Shown piece by piece: positions 57,383-64,000 of a stretch of 64,000 nucleotides of DNA. The notes beneath the pieces are model-generated. The model did no database searches. It saw only the letters and a list, made by a program, of their open reading frames with translations, and was not told the DNA's origin. The stretch is taken from the NCBI GenBank assembly GCA_019752125.1, contig JAIEMM010000012.1, positions 3,437 to 67,436 of the forward strand. The letters are read 5' to 3'. Origin of the DNA: Patescibacteria group bacterium (GTDB lineage: Bacteria > Patescibacteriota > Minisyncoccia > Phycocordibacterales > SBAW01). Within the stretch, counting starts at the first letter, position 1, and every line of letters starts with the position of its first letter. The position numbers and the translations under genes are program-made.

Positions 57383-57931
57383 ATGGAAGCATTCCGGATG
57401 GTCTTCAAAAATTGGAGATTTGCCGCTCTAGCGGCAGTCGTGAGTAGCACGGTCTTTGCTGTGGCAACCTGGCTTCCCAACACGCGTCTCTTGTGGTCCA
57501 TCTGGTCTGATGCATCGCTTCCAATCGCTGACAAACTGACATTCCCGATACGCCTACTTGAGTCGATAATCACCAACTTCACTACGCTCTCTGCGCTCTA
57601 CACGGTCGCGATTGCGCTTCTTGTAGGCATCAATATCGCATTCATTGCATATCTGATCCACCGACAACAGAAGCTTTCGCAATCTGGAGCGGTGGCCGGG
57701 ACATTCGGAATTCTCAGTGGGACTGTGGGGATGGGATGCGCCGCGTGCGGCTCGCTTATTCTTACATCTCTTCTCGGGACTGTCGGCGGAGCTGGTTTTG
57801 CAGCTGCGCTTCCCCTAAGAGGCGGCGAGTTTGGAATTATCGGTGTTGTACTTCTTAGCGCATCAACGTACTTCCTAGTAAAACAAATTACCAAGCCGCT
57901 CGTGTGCGAACCTGCAGATCTCAAAGCATGA
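57383..57931 (+). CDS. membrane protein with intramembrane CxxC
   Basis: About four TMs; GCAACGS; C-terminal VC. Confidence 0.8.
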   Translation: MEAFRMVFKNWRFAALAAVVSSTVFAVATWLPNTRLLWSIWSDASLPIADKLTFPIRLLESIITNFTTLSALYTVAIALLVGINIAFIAYLIHRQQKLSQSGAVAGTFGILSGTVGMGCAACGSLILTSLLGTVGGAGFAAALPLRGGEFGIIGVVLLSASTYFLVKQITKPLVCEPADLKA

Positions 57932-58500
57932 ACACTCCATTATCAATCGCCCTTGTAATAGCAGTGCTCCTCATTGGCAGTGCATATTACTTCGGCGCGA
58001 AGCCAGCCATCGTTCCTACCCCGATTGCCAATCAAGCATTAGCAGCCAAGTTCGACATCTTAAGCAAAAACGGAAACTCGACATGCTCGGCATCGTTTGC
58101 AGATTCCATCGACACGATGCCCGATTCAGGCAGAATTCAAGGCTCCTGCTGTTCTCCGATGGATGCACACCGCTACGAAGAACAAGTGACGGGACTTAAG
58201 AAATTCAAAGACATTCCTGAAATTCCGAGCGACCCCTACGACATTGATGCGGCGCTCGCAAAGCAACTCAAAGCGTACTACGACGTAGAGCTAACACCGG
58301 AACAGCAAAAAGCATACGACTATGCGATGGCGAACTCGAATGAAAAGGGCCCCTGCTGTTGCAAATGCTGGCGCTGGTATGTCTACGGGGGCTTAGCAAA
58401 ATTACTCATCCAAAAATATCAATTCACCGGCGAACAGGTCACGGAAGTCTGGAATCTTTCAGACGGCTGTGGTGGTCCCGGCGATCACGCAAATCACTAA
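57928..58500 (+). CDS. Cys-rich exported protein
   Basis: N-terminal TM; STCS, GSCCSPM, GPCCCKCWRW, SDGCGG..H..H. Confidence 0.8.
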   Translation: MNTPLSIALVIAVLLIGSAYYFGAKPAIVPTPIANQALAAKFDILSKNGNSTCSASFADSIDTMPDSGRIQGSCCSPMDAHRYEEQVTGLKKFKDIPEIPSDPYDIDAALAKQLKAYYDVELTPEQQKAYDYAMANSNEKGPCCCKCWRWYVYGGLAKLLIQKYQFTGEQVTEVWNLSDGCGGPGDHANH

Positions 58501-58505
58501 CAGTT

Positions 58506-58961
58506 ATGAAAACCATACTTATTATTGCAGGCGTCGCTGTCGCCGTGCTTGTCGGAGGCGTGTGGCTCTCAAACAACTTGCAATCAAATGATCCCGACAT
58601 CGTTTCTCGGAGCGGCATCCATTGGCATCCCTCCATTGCTATCTATGTAAAGGGCGAAAAAGTCGAAATCCCCGCAAACGTTGGCATCGGGCCGGAGCAT
58701 GCCAGTATGCCGGGCTACGACCCCATGATGAAAATGGCGGCGTCGCATACGCATGACGCCTCGGGCACCATCCACTTCGAATTCATGGAAGGCCCCGTGC
58801 GGAAAGCTGATACTACGCTCGGCCAGTTCTTCACCATGTGGGGCAAGGATATGCGCTCATTCGGATCTAACATGCGCATGACGGTTAACGGCAAAGAAAA
58901 CACCGAGTACGAGAGCTACATGATGCGCGACGGAGACAAGATAGAACTGCGATATGACTAA
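58506..58961 (+). CDS. His-motif exported protein
   Basis: HWHP, IPANVGI, HTHDASGTIH, TLGQFF..WG, DGDKIEL. Confidence 0.8.
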   Translation: MKTILIIAGVAVAVLVGGVWLSNNLQSNDPDIVSRSGIHWHPSIAIYVKGEKVEIPANVGIGPEHASMPGYDPMMKMAASHTHDASGTIHFEFMEGPVRKADTTLGQFFTMWGKDMRSFGSNMRMTVNGKENTEYESYMMRDGDKIELRYD

Positions 58962-58978
58962 TAATCACTTCATCAAAT

Positions 58979-60124
58979 ATGAAAACAATATATTGGATTG
59001 GGGGTACCGTGGCGCTCATAGGGGTTGCAGCGCTTGTAGCGCTCAGCTCGTCGAATAGTACGCCCGCGAGCACCCTCTCAACAGAAAGAACCATCAGTGA
59101 AAAAGTCTACATAGCGCTCGAAGGCGAAGGAAAGGTTGCCGTACTCAATGCGGCTGACAACAGGATTCTAAAAACCATTGATCTCTCTGACAGTGCAAAT
59201 GGCGGAACAGTCCGCTATATGGCGCACAACGTTCAAGTCGCGCCAGACGGTAAAAGCGTACTGGTTACGGCAAATGTCGAGGAAGGAATGGATATGGAAG
59301 ACAGTGAGACGCAGGGTATGCAAATGTCCCACGGAGAAGCATTCGATCAACTGGTTGTTATCGATCCTTCGCGGGACGAAATCGCGCGAAGAATTACGAT
59401 AGACACCGACAGCCACCTCGCACACGTGGTCATTGCCCCGGATAGCAGGACCGCGTACGTGACGCTCCAGGAAAAAGGAAAGGTTTATTCCGTCGATCTG
59501 ACGACCGGCAGTATCGCCAACAAAGTTGACTTGGGGAAAAAAAGCGGACCGCATGGGTTGCGCCTCACGCCGGATGGATCGGAAGCATACATAGCGCTTC
59601 TTGATGGAAAAGGTGTCGACGTCCTTGATACCAGGTCGGGTAGTGTTCGAAAGATTAAACTTCCGGGAGCAGGCGTACAAGCAGCGGTCACTCCGGATGG
59701 AACTTTTGTGCTCGCTTCCGTCTACAATACCAAGCAGGTGTTCTGGCTGAATCGACAAACAGGCGAACAAGGACTCATCAATCTTCCATCTGGATCGAAA
59801 GGTCCTGTGCAGTTGTACCCAACACCGGATTCGCAATATCTGTACGTAGCTGATCAGGGATATTACTTCGATCAACCGACAGGAAATGTTGTCTACCGAA
59901 TAAACATTGCAGACAAAGTGGTTGATCAAACGATCAGCGGCGGTTCGGCTCCGCACGGAGTCGTGGTGAGCCACGACGGGGCGAGAGTCTTCGTGACCAA
60001 CCTACTAAGCGACGACGTGTCGGTGATAGATACAGCAACGGGAAAGGAAATCGCACGCGTTCCGGTCGGTGACATGCCGAACGGCATTAGCATCTGGAAT
60101 GCACAGACAGGAGGTACGCCTTAG
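58979..60124 (+). CDS. YncE/YVTN-type beta-propeller protein
   Basis: Repeated PHG..(S/T)PDG...YV blades; VFVTNLLSDDVSVID. Confidence 0.88.
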   Translation: MKTIYWIGGTVALIGVAALVALSSSNSTPASTLSTERTISEKVYIALEGEGKVAVLNAADNRILKTIDLSDSANGGTVRYMAHNVQVAPDGKSVLVTANVEEGMDMEDSETQGMQMSHGEAFDQLVVIDPSRDEIARRITIDTDSHLAHVVIAPDSRTAYVTLQEKGKVYSVDLTTGSIANKVDLGKKSGPHGLRLTPDGSEAYIALLDGKGVDVLDTRSGSVRKIKLPGAGVQAAVTPDGTFVLASVYNTKQVFWLNRQTGEQGLINLPSGSKGPVQLYPTPDSQYLYVADQGYYFDQPTGNVVYRINIADKVVDQTISGGSAPHGVVVSHDGARVFVTNLLSDDVSVIDTATGKEIARVPVGDMPNGISIWNAQTGGTP

Positions 60125-60150
60125 GGCTACCTCCTGTTCGCATAGTATAG

Positions 60151-60178
60151 TTGCACATATACCCCCATAGGGTATAAT
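60151..60178 (+). promoter_or_regulatory. promoter with CsoR-type operator
   Basis: TTGCAC..TATAAT overlapping TATACCC-CCATA-GGGTATA (60158-60176). Confidence 0.8.
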
Positions 60179-60184
60179 GGTGGC

Positions 60185-60457
60185 ATGAAAGCAGACATCA
60201 AGAAAAAAGCATTACGGCGACTTAGCCTTATCCGTGGACAGGTTGAGGGAGTCCGTAAGATGGTTGAGGACGAGCGATACTGCGTCGACATCATTACGCA
60301 GTCGAGCGCAATCAAAGAAGCACTCTCGGGCGTTGAAGACCTCCTGCTCCAAAACCACCTTTCTACGCATGTGATTGAGCAAATGAAAAACGGCAAAGGC
60401 ATACACGCCACTGAAGAAATATTAAAAGTATATAGATTGGCGCAGCGAAAGAAATAA
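60185..60457 (+). CDS. csoR: CsoR/RcnR family metal-sensing repressor
   Basis: RRLSLIRGQVEGVRKMVEDERYCVDI..Q..A; HL.TH. Confidence 0.88.
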   Translation: MKADIKKKALRRLSLIRGQVEGVRKMVEDERYCVDIITQSSAIKEALSGVEDLLLQNHLSTHVIEQMKNGKGIHATEEILKVYRLAQRKK

Positions 60458-60672
60458 TGTCTATGGCAAACAAAACAACGATTCGATGGGTTTTGGTCGG
60501 TCTGATCGTACTTGCGGGTATATATGTTATCGCGGATCACGGACAGCACGTCCTTCCGTACCTACCACTCGCGTTCCTATCGGGCTGTCTCTTTATGCAT
60601 CTCTTTGGACATGGCGGTCATGGGATGCATGATCAACACGCTCATGACGAACCTACGAAAAAGGACTCTTAA
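60457..60672 (+). CDS. DUF2933-like His-rich membrane protein
   Basis: H..HVLPYLP.....CLFMHLFGHGGHG. Confidence 0.75.
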   Translation: MSMANKTTIRWVLVGLIVLAGIYVIADHGQHVLPYLPLAFLSGCLFMHLFGHGGHGMHDQHAHDEPTKKDS

Positions 60673-60677
60673 TATCT

Positions 60678-61211
60678 ATGAATCCTATCAAAACGAATTG
60701 GTATGTAATCACAGGAGGCCCCAGTTCCGGCAAGACTACGACGGTCAATCTCCTAGCGGGTCGCGGATACAAAACAACAATCGAACACGCCCGGCACTAC
60801 ATCGATACGCAGAAAATCACGGGGAAAACGGTCGAGGAAATCAGAGCAAACCAGCTGGTGTTTCAACGCGGTGTCTTAGACATGCAGATCGCCCAGGAAA
60901 ATGAACTTACTCTCGATGAAGCAGTGTTTCTTGATCGTGCATTACCTGATGCGCTTGCATATTATCGCTTTCTCAATCTGCCTGAAGACAGAGACCTGCT
61001 TCAGGCGCTCCAAGCGCATCTCTATAAAAAGGTTTTTATCCTCGACCCGCTACCACTCGTTAAGGACTATGCACGCACCGAGAATTCAAACGACCAGAAC
61101 GTCATCCATGGTCTACTCATTGAAGCCTATGAGTCGCTTGGGTACCACGCTATGCACGTACCGGTTCTTCCTCCAGAAGAACGCGTGGACTTCATTCTAA
61201 AAAACGTATAA
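60678..61211 (+). CDS. AAA_28/NadR-like P-loop ATPase
   Basis: YVITGGPSSGKTT, FLDRALPD..AY, DYAR.E. Confidence 0.85.
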   Translation: MNPIKTNWYVITGGPSSGKTTTVNLLAGRGYKTTIEHARHYIDTQKITGKTVEEIRANQLVFQRGVLDMQIAQENELTLDEAVFLDRALPDALAYYRFLNLPEDRDLLQALQAHLYKKVFILDPLPLVKDYARTENSNDQNVIHGLLIEAYESLGYHAMHVPVLPPEERVDFILKNV

Positions 61212-61216
61212 ATCGT

Positions 61217-62077
61217 ATGACTAACACCCACGCAGAAATTTTCGTCACAAAAGCGTCCGGGGAGCAGGAACCGTTCTCAGAAATGAAACTGCGTCGCTCG
61301 CTCGAACGTGTGCATGCGTCGTCAGATGCGATTGATGCAATCGTCGCGCAAATCAGAGCTGAACTACAGGAAGGGATGAAGACGGCAGATATATATCGCA
61401 AAGCTTTCGCGTATCTCCGAAAAAAGAGTCGGCCGGTCGCGGCTCGCTACAGTTTGAAAAATGCGCTCATGGAGTTGGGTCCGACAGGCCGCCCGTTCGA
61501 GCATTTTGTTGGTGAGCTGATGAAATTTGAAGGGTTTGATGTCGAGGTCGCGAAGATAGTACCGGGTGTGTGCGTAAAGCACGAAGTCGATGTGGTCGGT
61601 ACTAAGGATGACCGGCACGTAATGGTCGAATGCAAGTTCCATAACCGACCAGGGCTTCGTTCCGACGTAAAGATTTCCCTCTACGTGCAAGCACGGTTTG
61701 AGGACGTCGAGCGTCGATGGAAAAAACAGCCGCAGCACGGCGAGAAATTCCACGAAGTATGGCTCGTCACAAACACAAAACTCACGTCCGATGCGACTGA
61801 CTATGCGAAATGTGTCGGCATGACCGCGATTGGTTGGAGTTACCCGCAAGGTAATAGTCTTGAGAACCGCATCGAACGTGCCGGGCTTCACCCCATTACC
61901 TGTCTCACAACCCTCACGCGCTTTCAAAAGAACGCTTTGATGCAGAAAGGTATCTATTTGTGCAAAGAATTACTTCTGCGTGCAGATGTTTTATCGTCCG
62001 TTGGTGTAAAGGGAGATGCTGCTGAGAAAATTCTTAACGAAGCGCAACAGCTTTGCCAGAAAACAAAAGAGGTATGA
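61217..62077 (+). CDS. ATP-cone plus Mrr-like PD-(D/E)xK nuclease domain protein
   Basis: VTKASGEQEPFSEMKL ATP cone; FEHFV, HEVDV, VECKFH, LVTN. Confidence 0.85.
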   Translation: MTNTHAEIFVTKASGEQEPFSEMKLRRSLERVHASSDAIDAIVAQIRAELQEGMKTADIYRKAFAYLRKKSRPVAARYSLKNALMELGPTGRPFEHFVGELMKFEGFDVEVAKIVPGVCVKHEVDVVGTKDDRHVMVECKFHNRPGLRSDVKISLYVQARFEDVERRWKKQPQHGEKFHEVWLVTNTKLTSDATDYAKCVGMTAIGWSYPQGNSLENRIERAGLHPITCLTTLTRFQKNALMQKGIYLCKELLLRADVLSSVGVKGDAAEKILNEAQQLCQKTKEV

Positions 62078-62820
62078 AGAATACAATTATCATTGTAGTA
62101 ATCGGTGTAGCTGTGCTTGGTAGCATTGGGTACTTTCTTTTTGGGAAAAATAAGGATGCTGATATCCCCACATCTCAATCCAGTGAAGCGGAGGAGATTG
62201 TAGTTTCTCCCCAGGAAGCACGCACAAGTGTCAGCATAGATTCAGCAACGCTTACTAAAGGCGGCTATGTTGTTGTGCGGGGCGGTGATGGCAAGAGGAT
62301 TGGCCAAGTTATTGAGATCAGTAGCTATCTTCCACCTGGTACACATACAAACATTACAATCGAGCTCGGCGAGTTTTACCCGTACAACCAAGAGGATCAG
62401 CTTGTCGCGATGATCTATCGCGATGATGGCGATCAATCATTCAGTGAACTCGACGTGCCTGTGGACACCTCTGCCATATTTGCCAAAACCGGAGCTCCCG
62501 TACCGCTTTCGATATTTGCAGAGCAAATTGCGCCAAGCGATGGCATGGGAATGGTAACGGTTCGATATACCGATGCAGGTTTTCAGCCCGCAAAACTCAC
62601 CATTCCGGTCGGCACGATGGTGGAGTTCATAAATCAAAGCGGAAGCGAGATGTGGGTCGCATCGAATATACATCCATCGCACGAGATATTGCCCACATTT
62701 GATCAATTCAAAGGAGTCGCAAAGAATAAGGGCTATATGTACACCTTTGATAAAAAGGGCTCATGGCCCTATCACGACCACATCAATCCGGCACTCGAAG
62801 GAGTAATAGAGGTCAAATGA
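62074..62820 (+). CDS. membrane-anchored cupredoxin-like protein
   Basis: GFQPAKLTI.VG..VEFIN, WVASNIHPSH, YTF.KKG.W.YHDH. Confidence 0.75.
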   Translation: MKNTIIIVVIGVAVLGSIGYFLFGKNKDADIPTSQSSEAEEIVVSPQEARTSVSIDSATLTKGGYVVVRGGDGKRIGQVIEISSYLPPGTHTNITIELGEFYPYNQEDQLVAMIYRDDGDQSFSELDVPVDTSAIFAKTGAPVPLSIFAEQIAPSDGMGMVTVRYTDAGFQPAKLTIPVGTMVEFINQSGSEMWVASNIHPSHEILPTFDQFKGVAKNKGYMYTFDKKGSWPYHDHINPALEGVIEVK

Positions 62821-63074
62821 TTATGATGGATCCAAAACAAAGAGCTCTCAATAGTGTTATGCAGGTCGGGCTTGTCGGTTTTACGATGCTCGGTTTTTTG
62901 CTCACGTCGTTGAAGTTGCCTGAGTATGGCCTTATTGCAAATCTGGTCTCGGAAGTTTTCTGGCTCTACAGCACGTACAAGGCCTGGAAAGAAGCGAATC
63001 AAGTGGGCATGTTTATAAACACGCTCATTGTGACAGCGATCCTCATCTTTGGAGTTATCAACTATTGGCTATAA
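62817..63074 (+). CDS. small membrane protein
   Basis: Three hydrophobic segments; ATGA overlap with the upstream gene. Confidence 0.7.
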   Translation: MIMMDPKQRALNSVMQVGLVGFTMLGFLLTSLKLPEYGLIANLVSEVFWLYSTYKAWKEANQVGMFINTLIVTAILIFGVINYWL

Positions 63075-63078
63075 TGTT

Positions 63079-64000
63079 ATGAACCACAACCACCACAATT
63101 CTGAAGAAACCCGCTACACGTGCCCCATGCACCCAGAAGTGGTGAAAAACTCGCCAGGCAAATGTCCGGGTTGCGGCATGGAGCTTATTCCAGTCTCCGC
63201 TAAAGCTACAGCGGGCAAAGCTACAAAGAAGTCGTCTGATCCTCACGCCGGACACGATATGCAGAAGATGAGCCATATGGATCACGAGGCAGCAATGACA
63301 AACCCCGCTATGGCCAAAAAGATGGAGGCCGACATGCGCCGCCGCTTTTGGATATCGCTTATTCTCTCCATTCCAATTTTTCTCTACTCACCGGTTGGTA
63401 TAAACTTTTTTGGTCTCAATCTTCCAACGCCGATTCCGGTAAGTTGGATTCTTTTAATCCTCACAACACCAATCGTTTTCTGGACTGGCTCGATATTTAT
63501 TACCGGCACGTACTACTCGCTCAAGGCCCGCGTCCTGAATATGTCAGTCTTGATCGCAACCGGCGTCCTCGCGGCGTACCTTTTCAGCGTGCTACTGACC
63601 TTCATACAGCCTGAAAGCGAAACATTCTATGAAGCCGCAGCGCTTCTGGTTACATTCGTGCTCTTTGGCCATTGGATGGAGATGAAATCACGTCGCGGCA
63701 CATCGGATTCGCTCCGTGCCCTATTTGATCTCGTACCGCCGAAGGCAAGCGTGATTCGCGATGGAAAGGAGCTTTCCATTCCGAGCGCGGAAATTGTGCA
63801 GGGCGACATTGTTATGTTGCGACCTGGCGACAAGGTACCGGTAGACGGTGAGGTGACAGAAGGAGAAAGCTCGATCGACGAGTCGCTTGTTACCGGTGAG
63901 TCGATCCCTGTTATCAAGAAGTCCGGCGATAAAGTTGTCGGGGGGTCGGTCAATCTCACAGGCGCTGTGCGTTTCAAGGCTACAAAAGTGGGATCTGATA
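63079..64000 (+). CDS. heavy-metal (Cu-type) P1B ATPase, 3' truncated by window
   Basis: My translation (not in ORF track): YTCPMHPEV...CPGCGM, NMSVLI, FYEAAA, PGDKVPVDG, DESLVTGES. Confidence 0.93.
   Translation, partial: MNHNHHNSEETRYTCPMHPEVVKNSPGKCPGCGMELIPVSAKATAGKATKKSSDPHAGHDMQKMSHMDHEAAMTNPAMAKKMEADMRRRFWISLILSIPIFLYSPVGINFFGLNLPTPIPVSWILLILTTPIVFWTGSIFITGTYYSLKARVLNMSVLIATGVLAAYLFSVLLTFIQPESETFYEAAALLVTFVLFGHWMEMKSRRGTSDSLRALFDLVPPKASVIRDGKELSIPSAEIVQGDIVMLRPGDKVPVDGEVTEGESSIDESLVTGESIPVIKKSGDKVVGGSVNLTGAVRFKATKVGSD

Larger units (their letters stand above)
54700..64000. mobile_element. genomic island next to tRNA-Ser with heavy-metal cargo (right end outside window)
   Basis: Serine recombinase next to the tRNA, followed by a co-oriented metal cluster; no att repeat found in window. 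Confidence 0.6.

Overview
Chromosomal segment of a small-genome bacterium, very probably Patescibacteria/CPR (Parcubacteria-like). Evidence: no rpmD between rpsE and rplO, tRNA-Ile(UAU), mostly SD-less or leaderless genes, and a pilin/ComEC repertoire. It carries the str-S10-spc ribosomal cluster (rpsL to secY, then gmk-adk-map-ndk), infC-rpmI-rplT, recJ, rnhA, recG, ftsH, smpB/tmRNA, two tRNAs and a probable compact 6S RNA. The ribosomal cluster is repeatedly broken by single-gene cassettes that have their own promoter and end in hairpin+TTTCTTTT modules; the clearest case is a four-cassette array with repeated spacers after rplE, followed by a tRNA-like RNA with a reduced D-arm. A ~5.4 kb serine-recombinase element sits in the tmRNA 3' end. 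Its attachment core lies inside the recombinase ORF, so integration or excision would swap the C-terminus of the enzyme. A second serine-recombinase island next to tRNA-Ser carries a copper/heavy-metal cluster that runs off the window. Palindromic elements sit in frame inside recJ and recG. All calls come from manual reading and motif recognition; no database searches were run.
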